Assembly: GCA_965644315.1 (NCBI GenBank)
Contig: CBFFRQ010000093.1
Location: 62,001 to 126,000 of the forward strand
Direction of reading: 5' to 3'
Length of the DNA stretch: 64,000 nt
Origin: Caecitellus pseudoparvulus
Taxonomy: Eukaryota; Protista; Bigyra: Bicosoecida
Part shown: positions 44,729 to 58,589 of the stretch, one piece after another
Position numbering within the stretch: position 1 is the stretch's first letter
Layout of the letters: each line of letters begins with the position of its first letter
Program-made: the position numbers and the translations under genes
The notes under the pieces: generated by a model
What the model saw: the letters and a program-made list of their open reading frames with translations, nothing else
Told to the model about the DNA's origin: nothing
Databases searched by the model: none

Positions 44729-47433
44729 ATGGCGTCCACATACACTCAGGTGCGTTTCTGCATCGCGGCGACTGCCGTCTCGAGTTGCAAGTTGGCCGCC
44801 GTGTACTGCCTTCAGGTGACAAACAAACAGGGCGACCGTGATGTAGAAGCCCTTCTCAAGCGATCTGAGCAGCTCAAGCACCAACTTGCTGCCCTAAAAA
44901 AGCGGAAGCGGCGGTTGACAGCCATCGGCTCCGCAGCACTCAGGGGAGTTGATGGCTCCCTGGACACATCCGCAATGGTTGCAAGCCGCACAGCAGAGAA
45001 GACGGCGCTACTGGCTTCAAAAATTGATGGTATGAAGAGGAACCTGAAGTCGAAGCTGAATCGGCTGGTGAAGTTGGTGGCTGCAACAAAGTCTCTGCAG
45101 GAAGTACTGCGAGAGCTCGCGCAGGAGCGCGTTCACGCAGATGTTGCTTATCTATCGCTTTCAAAGGAAGAGGGCGCACTGGGGCAGCGTGTTGCGTCTT
45201 TGACAAAGCGGCACGCCACCTTGCTTCGCAGCCGCGAGGTGGTGCGCCGCCTGACTGACTCTCTCCAGCAGCGACGCGATGAATTGCTCAGCGAGGCAGC
45301 TGCGTTGCAGGCCCTGACAGCTTGCTGGGTGCAGCAGGGCTAGAGGCAGCGAGTCCTGCGAGGCATGGCTCGCTGCTGCAGCGCACAGGCTGGCAAGCGC
45401 CGGAGGCTGCTGGCTGGTCGACTGTTATTTCAGGGGTGGCAGAAGCCCAGCAGCGAGCTGGCTATAAGCGAAAAGTGGAATTGCAGCCCTCACCCCTGAC
45501 GCAGCCGGGCCCTGCCTTGGACTCCCCTTCAGTGCCTTCAGCGGAGTCGTACTCGCCGCAAGGAGCGCAGAATCAAGCACGAGCACCAGCCCCACGGCAA
45601 GCAGACGAGCGCCACTTTGCAGCCGAAATAATCAAACTTGCCCAACGAGGCATCGTTGACCAAGGTCGCTTTCCAGAGCCAGTGCAGCAGTGGCTGGCCT
45701 CCGGCACTGACGCTGCCAACGCCATGAGCCAAGCACTGCGACAATTGTCAGCAAGGTGGCATGCAAGTGCGAAGCGCCGTTATCTCGCAGCCGAGGCATA
45801 TGAAGCCTTGCTGGACATTCAACACGTCTTGCTTCAAGCCTTTGTGGTGCATCGAGTGCTGAAGGAAGCGACACAGCGGCACGCAGGCTTGACCTCGGCA
45901 CCAACTCTGCGGCAGCTCAGCGACACCATTGACACCCACAGCCAGCACCTCCTTAGTGCCAAGGATGCAAGCACAGCAGCCGGGTTTCGGTTGGGGGATG
46001 CAGCCGACAGTGAGGGCGCGGACCTTGACGGAAGTCAGTCTTCCGGTGGTGAACTAGCTGCAGATGAAAAGGGAACGCCTGACCACGGAACCACGCAAGC
46101 CAGATCGCTTGCGCCATCTAGTCCCATCGAAGGTTCTCGACCTGAGCCCCCACTTGATCCTGTCGCAGACGGTGATGGGCAGTTGCTGTGGGACGGGGCG
46201 AGCATCGAGTATGCCAGCGACCAGTTAGAACGACAGGCGGCACAGACTCTTAGCCTACAACAGCAACGGCAGCTCCTGCTTCGCTTTCAGACCGTCCTCA
46301 TCCGCATGCTTCGTGGACTGCACAATGGCATGGATGGGGTCCCTGAAGCGGCCGCTGAAGATGACGCAGATGGCGATGTTGTCCGGGTCATGATCGAGAG
46401 CGATACTACAAGAGCCTCGGCAACACTGCGCGGATCGAGAAGACAAGCTGGCCCTGAACCGCCGCTGCACTCACTGCTGGACCACTTGGTGGCAAGCCAC
46501 GAAGCCTTAGAGCCGCAGCAGCAACGTGTCCAGCTGCTGCATGGGCAGCAAGGCCACCAATCTGCAGGCCGTGGAGCGATGCCTGGTTCGCCCCTTGCTG
46601 ACCCGGGGGAAAGCAAGCCCGCCAAGGCTTCAGCAATTGTCGTCACCGACGACAAGGGAACTCCCCTTTTAAAAGTTGCTTCAAGGGTCTCCGCGGAAGA
46701 GCGAGCTGCAATGGCTGCCCTTGACGGGCAGCTCTTGCGTCTCGGGGCGCACCTCGACAACTTGCAGCGCAAAGAGGCGATGCTGCAACAAGTCACTGAG
46801 CGCGTTCGAACTGTTCCAAGCTGGTCCACGGTGTACCCTGTTTTGGCAAGTCTGTTTGGCTTTGTTGACCCGCTCCAGGAATCTGTGCTGCAAGAGGAGG
46901 CTTTCCTGGGCCAGCAGCACGAAGAAGAGCCTGAGAAGGCGGATGGAAGTAGCCAAACCATCGTGGACGACAACACGAACGTGTCTGCTGTTGCCTCCGG
47001 TCACCCAAGCCTGTCTTCGTCGGGTCAAAAGCCCGATCCAGTGCGCTCTCTCGGCGGATCGCCGGCTCACCCAGACATCCTCCCAGCAAGTGAGCAGCAG
47101 ACACGTGGAGCTCCGCACGAGCACGACCTGCCAAGCGAACGCGATAGATACAGCGATGATGCATTCGATGAGGACACTGCGTACTCTGAAGACGGGTTCT
47201 CATCCGCAAGCGCCACTTCAAAGGATCCTGGCGAGAAGCACAGGTCGCCAGGACTTGCGGTGCCAACCGCACCTAAGCTTGGGGCAGACCTCGCCTCCCG
47301 AATCGCCCGAGGCATGCAGGTCCCGACGCCATGGAACTCAGCCACGCTTTCTTTGTACTTGACTGAAACAGAGCTGACAGTTCGAGAGCTTGGCGCAGCA
47401 CCGGACGCCCTGCGGGAGGCAGGGCTGCTCTAG
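44729..47433 (+). CDS. Hypothetical coiled-coil protein; probably one spliced gene joining ORFs 44558-45343 and 45322-47433
   Basis: ATG at 44729, a GTGCGT...TTCAG intron, and a heptad-rich region. The junction near 45330 is unresolved. Confidence 0.5.
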
Positions 47434-47457
47434 GTGTGCGTGCTATCATCCGCTTGC

Positions 47458-50400
47458 TTAGTAGCCTGCGTAGTCCTCGTCCTCGTCTGCGTCGTCTTCG
47501 TCGAGCGACAGCTTGACGAGCACACGTCCGGCGTACAGTTTTAGGGCTGTGGCGGCCTCCTGATCAACTTTGTCTTCAATGCCGTCCAGCAAGCCGGTGG
47601 CGCCTTGCTCTTGAATGTTCAAGAAGTGGTATGCCGCTTGTTCTGCTGCGAGCTTCACAGCAGCCTTCTCTTTCACCCCTGCCGCTAGACCTTGCACAAT
47701 GCCTGCCACTGCCGGTGAGTTGTGCATGCCAACTTCAGGAACCTTGCACGCGAGCTTGAGGGACACGAATGCAGCAGCTTTGACGTCCTTGCTTGGGTCA
47801 GCGACGAGAGCTGCCAGGGCTGAATGCGCGGCTCCACACACCGCGCCCCAGCCCTGTGCGGCACCTGTGCATGCCCGGCGCAGCACCCAAGATGCTGCCG
47901 CCGCCGCGGCCACTCGGACTTGAGGCTTTCCCCCAGGGTTGGCTCCTGCTGCGAGCAGGGCAGCGGAAGGAGCCCCTCCCAGAGCTGGCAGACTGTCCAA
48001 GCCTGGGCCCTCGGAAGCACAGTACTTGCACACAGCCCGTAGAGCCATGAGGCGACCGTGCAGGGCCAGCCAGGAGGAGTCAGTGCCTGCACTGGACACA
48101 TCCACGCCCCCCAGGCCCAGCGCGAAGCCAGAGGCCCCAGAGCCAGAAGCAGAAGACGATGCCGCAATATCAGAAGCAGAACCGTCTTCGTTTGTAATAA
48201 ACATGACGATTGGCATGGCCTCCTCAACGGTCAGATGGGTCAGGAATGCACCTGTGCCAGCTGCGGCGATGGAGCGCACAATGTCGTCACCGTCCACCAG
48301 CAGTGGCAGCAGGGCGCTTACGGCTTTGGTGCGCATGGTTGGTGTGAGCTTGCTACCGGCATGCTGCAGCACTTCCTTCAGAGCGGCTGTCATGCTCTCC
48401 TTCACGCCACCAATGGTGGTTCCAATGTTGTTCAGCACCTCATTCACGATGGGGTCCACCCGCTTTGAGAGCGACATAACCCGCCCAAGGCCGTCACCTG
48501 CCACGGCTCGCACAGCTGGCGACGGGTCTTGCAGGCACCGAACCATGGAGGTTGACAACTGGGAGACAAACGGACGCAAAACATCGCCGCCCTTGGCGAT
48601 GATGATGTTAAGGGTGTTCAGGATGGCAGCCTTGACCTCCGCGCTGTACTTATCTGCCACAACCCGGATAAGCGGCCCAGTCAACTTCATAAAGTACGGC
48701 CTGAGCGCCTTGGTGCTCGTGAGGCTCACCAACTCACCGACTGCTGTCGCAGCCAGCTCTCGGACATGGGGAGCACCGCGCACGAGCCCTTGCTGATAAA
48801 CAGGGAAGAAGGCATCCAGTCCCTTTGGCACACAGAGGCCAGGCACGACGTACTCCGCAGCCGCGGCGCTCTTGGCACCGCCAGAAGCAGCACCGCCTGC
48901 AGCACCAGCAGCCGCGCTGCCAACCTTGGGCTTCACGAACAACTTGCCTTCGCTGGCTGCCGAGCGCAAGCAGTCCCGCATGAAGCCCATTCGTTCTTGC
49001 AAGCTTTCCACACCAACAGCAGCGACAAGGCTCCGCAGCGCTGCAGAGACGGCCAGCAGCGACTGCTCGTGGTCGTCAACAACCAACTTGTAGATAAGGT
49101 CTTTCAGCATGATGGGCACCTGGTCGGAGAAGTCGGTGCTTGCGGCAGACACGAATGCCTCCAAGAGACTTGCGGCCACCCATCGCCGAGTCGCAGACCC
49201 TTCTGAAATGGCCTGGCAGAGCTCAACCACCAGCCACTGTACGCCTGGGCCCCGGACTGAGGTGACAAGGGTGCGCGCAGACGCGCCTTCGGGGCCGGAC
49301 AGGCGAGCAGCGACCGCGGCATCAGACGAGTCACCCTTGGCATGGCTGCCTGCAAGCACGTCCAACACAGGCGGCAGGATCAGGTTGAAGTGGGTGTAAA
49401 TCTTGTCACCTGTGACTTCCGCGACGTTCGCTAGTGCGCGGAGCTGGAAGGCAGACAATGGCTGGGGAGACACAAGTTTGGGGACGAGGTAAGGCAACAC
49501 GTCGTCGCCTCGAACAGCAAGCACTTGGCGAAGGCCAGCCATTGCAGCGGCTGCCCGAGGGGTGCCTTGCTGCTCGTCCAGTTGGTGTAGCAGAGCGGGC
49601 ACGATTGCGTTCAGCACTTGGTCGCCGACGACACGCTGGAGTGTGTTAAAGGCATGTGCAGCGGCTGCTTGCACCTCCCCACTCTCGTCGCACAAAGCCT
49701 GCTGCACAGCGGGAAGGAGCGTTTCCATGTACTCCTGCAAGTCAGTCTTACTGGAGGCCGCAATGACTTCGCCCAGACCCAGGCAGACACCCTGTCGCAC
49801 GCCAGGGGATTCAGCCTGAAGTCCTTCTTGGAGCAGAGGCACAACTCTGGGGAGAACGGTGTCGCCGAGTCGCTGGACAACATCTCCAAGCGCACGCCCT
49901 GCTACGGAGCGGTGCTCGGCAGATGAAGCTGCCAACATTGTGATGACGCGGTTCATCAGTGCCGGCAGCACTTGCTTGATGACGCGAGGGGGATGTGGCA
50001 CGACTGCCTTGAACACCATCATGGCTGTGGAACGCACACTGGAGGTGCTGTCTCCGGAGCGAACGCAATACAAGTCGGCGGTCACTTCGTTGCGCAGCTG
50101 CAAGCCCATGGCCCTCACAAGTGCTGCCGAAAACTCATCCAGGACATCCTCTGGGCTAGTATCTGCGCGCGCTGCAGTGGCGTCCTCATCGTCATCCGCC
50201 CCAGCGGCAGGGTCGCTTGGCGCTGGAGTGGGATCAGACTTCTTCGCTGCTCGGGCTTCCCTGGCTTCCCTCGCCGCCTTGTTCTTCGCACGACGAGCTG
50301 CCTTGCGCTCAGCAGCTGACATCTTCTTGGTCGCCTTCGCATCATCATCTGCGTCATCGTCCTGGCCTGCACCTGCTGCTGCTGCCCCACCGAACTCGTC

Positions 50401-53400
50401 AGTGCCACGCTGCGTCAAGCTTCGCCCAGTCGTGATGTGCACGAGCAGCTCACCCAGCAAGCGGACAGAGTTCTCCCTGATGCGCCAATTCTCAGCAAAC
50501 AGCCCAGCACGAAGCGGGGGCAGCAGTTCAGCAGCGTACTTCTTCGCATGCTGCGTAACAATTATGGTGCCAGCCTTCAACGCCACGTCGCGAACGGAGC
50601 TTGCATCGTCTGCGAGCCCGGCAACGACCAGTGGCAGGGTGAGAGGGATTAGTGGGCTGAAAGCGCCGTCATCCCCAGACTGGCTGATCATGGCAGAAGG
50701 CAAGAATGCCAGCGTCCACAGGCACCCCTCCTTCAAAAAAGCAGGGGAGGCTGCGCCAGGCTCCGGTGAAGCCAGTGGTAGGACCCTTGATTGCAGAGTG
50801 CTGACCAGGCGGGTGGGGCCAGCGGCGACCAGATACTCCGCCAATGTTTGAGCGCCTCCAGCACGCTCCACTGTTGTCATGCCGGCAGTGAGCTTGCTGT
50901 ACGCCCAGCCCAACACGCCAGGCATGTCTTCCAGCTCCTCTTCAATCGCTGCATCCAAAGCCATGTCTTCCGTAAGTTCCTTCTGCTTGGAACGAAGCTC
51001 CCTCGCGCGTGACTCCCGGTGCGCTGACACGATCGCATCCTCACCTGCACCAGTGACTAAGGCTGCCATGGCCACGGCTGCGGTGGCCCTCACAGTTGGC
51101 ATGGAGTCCAGGCAGCAGCGTTTCAGGGGAGCAAGGAGCATGCCAAGGTAGGGTGTCAAGTGGTTGACATCTGAGGCGAGGCTGGTCAGCTTGCCCACAA
51201 TTGTGGCAGCCATGTGCTTGGAGCCAGGGGTGCGGTCTGTCAGGCCACGGCGAAGAATGGGAATGAGCAGCGCCAGGGCAGGCGGATCAACGCTGTGCAT
51301 CCACGAAGTGGTCCACAGTGCTTCCAGAGCTCTGGCAGTGGCGGTGCCAGGGTCAGACAAGGCGGCCAAAATTACCTCCCGCTGTGCCGAAACTTCAGGA
51401 TTCTTGATTACCTGCCCTACGTCTTGCAGAGCACCCTTTGCAGCAGACTGCACCTTAGGGTGTGCATCTTGGAACGCTGAGATCACCCGCGGCACGATGG
51501 TGGGCAACGCTGCAGCGAGTTGCTTCGGAGCACACCATGCCATGGAGCCGAGCAAGGTGATGCTGGCAGACTTGCTGCGCCAGTTCGAATCAGAGCAACC
51601 CTCCAGCAACGCAGGCAGCAGCATCTTCACGCCATGGCCAGTGAGCTTGCCCATGATCACCCGGGCTGCATCTTCGGCAGCCCCTCGCACCGGCGATGCT
51701 TTGTCTCCGAAGCAGCGCAGCAAGTGCGGCAGCAGGCGGATGATGTATGGCTCGAACAGGACGCCGAGGGCCGCAGACAGGCACTCAAAGGCAAGCATCG
51801 CGCCTTCACGCGCTGTATCACTCTTGGACTCGGCAGCGTCCTCCAAAGCGCTGACGATGCCAAGCGCCTTCAGAGCTCCCAGCCCCAGACCCTTCGTCGC
51901 TCCAGCAAGCCCATAGGCAGCCCCTCGCCGGTCCCCATATGTGTCGCCGCCCGTAAGCGAGGCCAAAAGCTGACCGACAACATCTCCAGCCTTCCCTGTG
52001 CTTGCTGAGCCTGACGGAACCTTCCGCATCTTCATGAGTGCTGGCAGGCACTTGGCCACAGCACTCTGAACCGCCTCGCTTGGAATGGACAGCGATGCCA
52101 GCAGGGTATCGATCGCAGCGTCCACGCGTTCATCGTCTGAAGGGAGGTGCGCGGCTGCACTGCCCAGAAGCACGACACAGCCTCTCCTTTGTGCGTCAGA
52201 GTGCTCGTGATCATGGGCTTTCGGCGCCGCCCTGAGGGCCTGCTTGCCCGTGTCCAAGCCACCAAAGATGCCACCAGCAGCCTTGGAAGGCACAGCCTCT
52301 GCAGCGCTGCCCGAAGCCTCGTCATCCAACGTCGCAATGTGCTGGTTTAGGGCCTCCGTGATTCCTTCAGCCTGGGCCCCCCCCAGCGTAGGCGCGTCGA
52401 CGAGGGCTCGTCCTGCAGCTACGGCAGCTGCTGCCACTCCAGGGTGCGAGTCCGCGACACCCTCCTTGACAATGAACATGAGGACTGGGAGCAAACTCTC
52501 TGTGGGGAGGGCGGCGACCAGGCACTGGTCCTTCGGGCTCCATACAGCAGCACTCTTCTTGAACACTGACAGCACACCCATGCGGGATCGCCACGCGTCG
52601 TCGTCCAGAGCACTTAGCGCGCCATTGTTCTGTGAGTACAGTGCGAGCAGCGCAGTGGCAACTTGAGGGGCCGAGTCAGGGTAGAACGCCATGCCGCATG
52701 CAATGCCACCAGCAGCTGCGTCACGGACTTCAGGGGCCGGGTGGGACAAGAGAGGGAGCAAAAAGACCATGAAGTCCACGGGAGGCGCGAGGCCCACTTC
52801 CTCAGCCGCCCAATCCCACACTGCCTTGGCCATGTCGCTTGGCCCTGGCACATCCTCGCCATCGTCGTCATCTGCATCTACGGGTGCCTCACCATCCACC
52901 ACATGCTGCTCCTCAAACTGCATGGCCACCCACAGAGCTGCCACGACTTCAGCGGGGATACCTTCGGAGCTGCCAGTGTTAGAGGAGACGTTTGCCTGCT
53001 GAGCGAGCGCGCAGCCCAGGACAATCATGGCCATAGACCGCACATCCTCAGTTGGGTGCAAAACGCCCAAAGTGCCAGACACTTGCCGAGCAGCTTCCAT
53101 GGGAGCCAAGCAGCTGAGGGCGTCTGCTGCCTCAGATAAGTAGGCCCTGAAGCGCACGCCAGCTGGAAGCCCCTCCAGCTCGGCCGCGGGAGGTGCGACC
53201 GCTGCAAGGAGAGCTTCGAGGGCCTCTGCAAATGGCACCGGGCTCCCGGTAGCGCAAGCTGACAGGGCGTCCTTCAGTCGAGACACGGCAGCTTTTGGGA
53301 GGGCTGCGGTTGCCGGAATGGCGCTGCAGAGTGCCGCGGCCAGGTGGGCGGCAGCTCCACGCTGCAGAAGGAGGTCAACAACAGCCACCACCGCTGCGTG

Positions 53401-56400
53401 GCTGTCTGAGACCGCTGCAGGCGCAGCGCCCTCGACACTGGGGGCAGGCTCACCAAGAAGGCCGACTCCCGCGACCTTCCCCGGCTTCTCGAGCATTCCT
53501 CCGATGAGGCCAGCTCTGATGGAGGGATGCGCGCGGCAAAGCCGGTGCCGCAAAGCATAGCTGTTCGTCAGGGCACCACCTGCCTGGGCAACGTCCCATA
53601 TGGCTTGGCAAGACACGTCCAAGCCTGCGTCGGCCAGGGTCGCTGGAGACAGGTCTGGGTTGCAACGCAGCAGCGCGGCAGCCACCGCTTCATGCGTGCT
53701 GAGCGCAGGAAGCAGCACGGTCGAAGCCGCCGTCGCAGCGGCGGCACCCTTCCGCACAGGCCCAACCAACGCAGCAGCAAACAAGGGGCCCAGCACAGTG
53801 AGGAAGGCTGGGTTGAGAGGTGCGGCATCCACGCCTTGGTTGGTCGCCACCACGCTCAAGCTGGCCATGGCAGCCCCAACGCTGGGGGCCACAACAGGCC
53901 AAGTGTAGCATGCAAACTCTGTGCCACCAGCAAGGTCACCACGCCCGGCCCGCTTGGTCTGGGCGGATGGCGGGGCGGCAGCAAAGGACGACGTCAAGGA
54001 GGAGACAAAGGTGGCAGTCCCAACGTCCCGGAACTCACGCAGGCCGTGCTTCACCCACACCTTCACGTGGGAGGGCACATCACTCGCGAGCGTCCCAAGC
54101 GCAGCAGCGGCTTCACCTGCAGCCGACGCAGAAACCTCAGAGCCACTGCCCAGTGCAGCAAGCCGCAAGGTTTCGACATGACTCGCTGCTTTGGCCGAAG
54201 CTGCCGTCGCCATGCCTGCTGCTGCTTCCACAACAGACACGTGGCTGGCTCCGATGTTGAGGAGCGAGCGATGCAGTTCAGGGACCAGCAGGCCGAAGCC
54301 TGCAGTGTCCGTGCCAGCACCTGCCAGAACCAGTGACTTCAAGGCGCGGGAGGCAGGGGCTTGCACGATGCCCAGCCCTGACAAGGCAGTGAGCGAGGGC
54401 ACGAACTGCACAACCGTTGGGAGAACCAGAGCAGAGCTACTTGAGTGTTGTGGGGATGCGGTTGCAGCAATACGCGTGATTGCATCACATGCTGAAGCCG
54501 CGCATGAGTGGATGGCGTTCAGGGCACGTCGGAGACGCGCTTGGCGGCGGATCGCCCACTTCTGGGCAGCTGACCATACCGGCAACTCCGCTTTCTCAGC
54601 AGCCTCCTTTGCAGCCGCTTGCAGTTTTTCGAGCCAGTCGGAATCGTCGCCCTCTCGAGCCGCAGCCTTGGCGTCTGCCCTCGAAGTGATCTTGCGGGCG
54701 AGGGCTGTCTGCTCCCGAAGAACGCCTTCGGCAGGGGCGCCTTCCGGGGCTGTCCAAACGGAAAACAGGTCTCCCTGGTTCGTCATCACAGCCCGAGATG
54801 AGGCCCCAGCAGGGCCATCCAGAACCATGAATGAAGAGCCGATGACGTCCTTGAAAATGCGAGGCGCAAGGGCTTTCCACACCCACTGCAGTTGTGCCAT
54901 GATGGCGGGGAGGATGCACTGTGTGATGATGTGGAGGCCAGCGGGCGTCGGCTCTGTCGTGCGAATCATCCACGCCGTGCCCAGCGCCAAGGAGGCGACT
55001 GCTCCAGCTGCTGCTTGACGGGCTTGAGGTTGAAGCGACCACAAGCTGCCTGGTGCAGCAGGGCAAGTGCTGAGGAGCGTGTCGGTGATTCCTTGCACGA
55101 CTTCAACGCGAGAGAGCAGCCGGTCGACATCGTGACTTGCTGGGGCGCCAAGTTGGGCCATCAAGCGGTTTGTTGGGACAGGGGTAGATGGCGAGGCAGC
55201 CTTGCCGCCAGTGGTCGCGGAAAGGCGCAAGTACAGCGTGCGCCATAGCTGTCGGGCGACTGAGTCGTGCCCACCGCAAACCGCAGGGTGGTGGCAGAGA
55301 AGCAGCACCACCGGAACCAAGGCGGAGACTTCGTGGGCAGACGCACACGTGCTTGGCACCACTGCGCGGAGTGCTGCTTGCATAGGGGAAGCACGAGAAG
55401 CGGCACGCGCTTCCATGCTCTCGCGCTCGATGAAGCTTCCTTCTGCCGCCAATCCTCGACTGCAAACGTAGGAGGCCGCGGCGACCTGCTGTTGCCCAGG
55501 GGCCCCGCTGAAGAAACTTGGAGGCAGCGCAGTGCCGCCCCAGAAGGCCACTGGGTCACGCCGCAGCAGCTGGGCGTCGGGCAGGAGCTCTGCATCCACA
55601 TCACTGAGGCCAAGCTTCTTTGCAGCAGCATGTGCCACTGCCTTGCTTTCAGTTGTTGATGCCGACGCGACCTGAACGAAAAAGGCATGGACCATGGGGA
55701 TTGAAGTCGCAGGGAGCACCTTCTGCAACCATCGACAGCTGTCAGTCGCGACACAGCGAACTGCGCGGACTGGGTGGACGAGCATCTGCACCAACGGTGC
55801 CAGGAGTGGGCAACTGTGCACAGGCTCTGCAGCTGGGCGGGGAGGATCAATATCGAAGGAAGTGACAGAGCCAGACCCCGGAGCCGCCGATGATCCCTTC
55901 GAAGGCGCCTTCTTTCCTTTTCCACCTGCCCCTTTCTTCTTGCTGCTCGAACTGCGAGTGGCCTCCAGAACTTCTACATCTGCAGCATCTGCCTGCTGCA
56001 GCGACTGGAGAAGGGCCTCTGCAGGGCCCACCTCACTGCGCGGTGGCGACAGCAGCGACCGCAGCATGCTGGACCTTGACGGTGAGCATGTCACGAACGG
56101 CTCCTCCGCCCCTGCACTTTGCACTGCCGAGAAGCGAGAATCTCCACTTGCGAATCCTGCCACCAACATTGAAGCAGTCGTAAACGCCTTGATTACCAGG
56201 GAGCTCGTGGACAGCAGAGGTGCAGAAGTCAGCGCTGGGGCAGCCAGAAAGCATCCCGGTGCGGCCAACATGCCAAAGATGTCAATGGTGTCGCGAATGA
56301 CCATTGGTGTCGCCGAACTTGCCCCTCCCTGGCTTTTCATCATGGCTTGCAGCTTGGCCAGCTCAGCAGCGGCGCTCTTGCTCCGGGATGCCGCCTTTCC

Positions 56401-58327
56401 CTTGGAGGTACCCGCAGCCTTCTCAGCTCCTCGCTTGGAGGATGCAGCCGCCGCAGCAACCACGGCTTGGCGAGTTGAGGCGTCACCAATGCGATCCCAC
56501 ACGGTGGGGTTGGCTGCTGCCATGCACAGCAGGGCAGCGGTGGCACCAACTCCAAGACACACGGCATCAGTCAAGGCTGCAGCATGCGAAAGCTTGCCGC
56601 CGAAACTCCCGAGAGCCTTCCACACACAGTGCACGAGCTCCTTTCCGTACAGAGCATCAAGAACACCGGCAAAGTCAGAGCTGGGGGGTATTTGAACTGC
56701 AGAGACGTGGGCTGCTTGTTGCAAGCCTTCCCACATGCCGTCGAGCGCGCCATGCTCCGCCAACCTGCCGTGTTCGAGCTGCTGTGAGGATGGCAGGAAG
56801 CAGCACACGCTGCATGACAGCACATCAGCGCCACTCGCAGCCACAACACTTGACAGCACGCTCCTGGGTCGCTTTTTTGCTGCCTCTGCCAGCGCTGGAG
56901 CCACGAGGCCTGACACACTTGAACGCACATCGCCAGCGGCGGCGCCCTCTGTAGCTGCGGGCACGAAGGCGCACCACATCAACGCAGCTGACAGCTGCGC
57001 TTCATGGGCACCATCATGGGTCTCCCGGGCAAGCTCACCGACGACGGCAGTCACGATGGTCGATGCAAGAGCAGCGATGGAGGTGGCCTGCAACCCTCCC
57101 TCTCCCCGAACTCCAACATGGCAAGCCACCACCATGCTGCGCAGGGCATTGGCAAGGCCAGCCCGGCACTGCCACACTGGGATTGCAGCGCGTGCTCCCG
57201 CCAGCTTCTTCAGCAGGACGTCGGCGACTGATTCCAGCACTGTACTGTCCGAACACCTGGACACCATCACGGCAAGCGCCCCAGCCGCCACGTGATTGGC
57301 ACCCATGTCCCTCCCGCAGCATGCTTCAGCAAGTGCTGGGCCTACTGCACTGAGAGCGGGGGCAGTCTCATGGCCAGTCCTTGAGAAGATATGTGCCAAG
57401 GCTGAAATGCCTGCGTGGCCGTGGCCAACCAAAACTTGAGCCAAGCTTGAGAGCTCGCACTCTGGCAGGAGCGACACACTGCCCTCCATGCAGGCCAGCG
57501 CACGGGATAGAGCAGTTGGGGAGGTCGTCCAGCGAGAAAAAGCCTCGACATGCACCTGGCCGAGAGCGCGTGCGGTAGGAGTCATGCAGCCAATCACCAC
57601 GGGGCTGAAAATGTGGTCTGCCTCAAATAACTCTGCCACCTTGCCGGCCAAAGGCACGTTCGCACGAAACGTCGACTTTACGTGTCGCACAACTCGATGC
57701 CACATCCGGTGGCTCTGGCCAACCAACACGAGCTGCTCCAAGCTTGACACGCAAGCGACCCAGCCGGAAACCCAGTCTCCAACAGGCGCTGTGCAGGCCC
57801 CAGCACACAGCACAGAAAGCAGCTGCAATGCCGTCCCAAGATCTGATCCCACGCCCAACGACTTGATGCGGTCTGAGAAAGCAAGGACGTGGTTCGTGAA
57901 ATGCCTGGGACACTAAAAGCCAAGTAGGCCGCGCACACCACACGCACCCGAGCACGCTGACACCACCGCTTCTGCAAAAGTCAGTCCGTGCTCCTTGCTG
58001 CAGAGCTGGCCCACAGCCTGCGCAGTGATGAAATGCAGCGTAAATCGAGGTGAAACTAGCAGAGTCAAGGTGCTCCAGGCTCACCTGGCGTGCCAGTGCG
58101 CGGCACTTGGCGGGGTCGGTGCCGTGCAGCCCATGAACAAGAGCCTTGGCAATGGGAGCGCATGCAGAGGCGCTGATGCGGCCGTTCCGTCCGACAGCAG
58201 CATTCAGCCCGCGCAGTCGGAGTGCTACAGATCCACTCGTCAGGTCAGCAAAGACGAGCTTCCATCCAGAAGCTCCTGCGGCACCGGCTCCCGCATCCGG
58301 CACAGCCGGGGGCGGAATTTGGGCCAT
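47458..58327 (-). CDS. GCN1: GCN1 HEAT-repeat translational activator of GCN2; short 5' introns
   Basis: LLASLSIPSEAVQSAVAKCL, YGDRRGAAYGLAG, REGAMLAFE.L...LG.LFEPY, LLGSMAWCAPKQLA, WRIRENSV.LLGELL, KLTGPLIRV. Confidence 0.95.
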
Positions 58328-58488
58328 TCCAGTCCGAGCGTGACGTACCGACAAGCCAACGCTGCGAGGCGAAGGCTTTGGACAAAAAAACTGGGCTTCT
58401 GACGCATGTCATAGATTTGACTACAGCCTGCAAGTGTACGTATCCCCTTCCAAACCGGGAGCACCATCCTGTGGCGATCAATCAAACC

Positions 58489-58503
58489 AAAAAAATCGAA
58501 AAA
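58489..58503 (-). terminator. RNA polymerase III oligo-T terminator of the tRNA gene
   Basis: T5 and T7 runs on the minus strand, 5-20 nt downstream of the tRNA 3' end. Confidence 0.8.
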
Positions 58504-58508
58504 GAGTC

Positions 58509-58581
58509 TGACCCCTCCGGGAATCGAGCCCGGGACCTTTCGATCTTCAGTCGAATGCTCTACCATCTGAGCTAAGGAGTC
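58509..58581 (-). tRNA. tRNA-Phe (GAA), 73 nt, intronless, no encoded CCA
   Basis: Acceptor stem GACTCCT/AGGGGTC, D-arm TAGCTCAGATGGTAGAGC, anticodon arm TTCGA-CTGAAGA-TCGAA, T-loop region GGCTCGATTCC. Confidence 0.95.
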
Positions 58582-58589
58582 GCAGTGCT

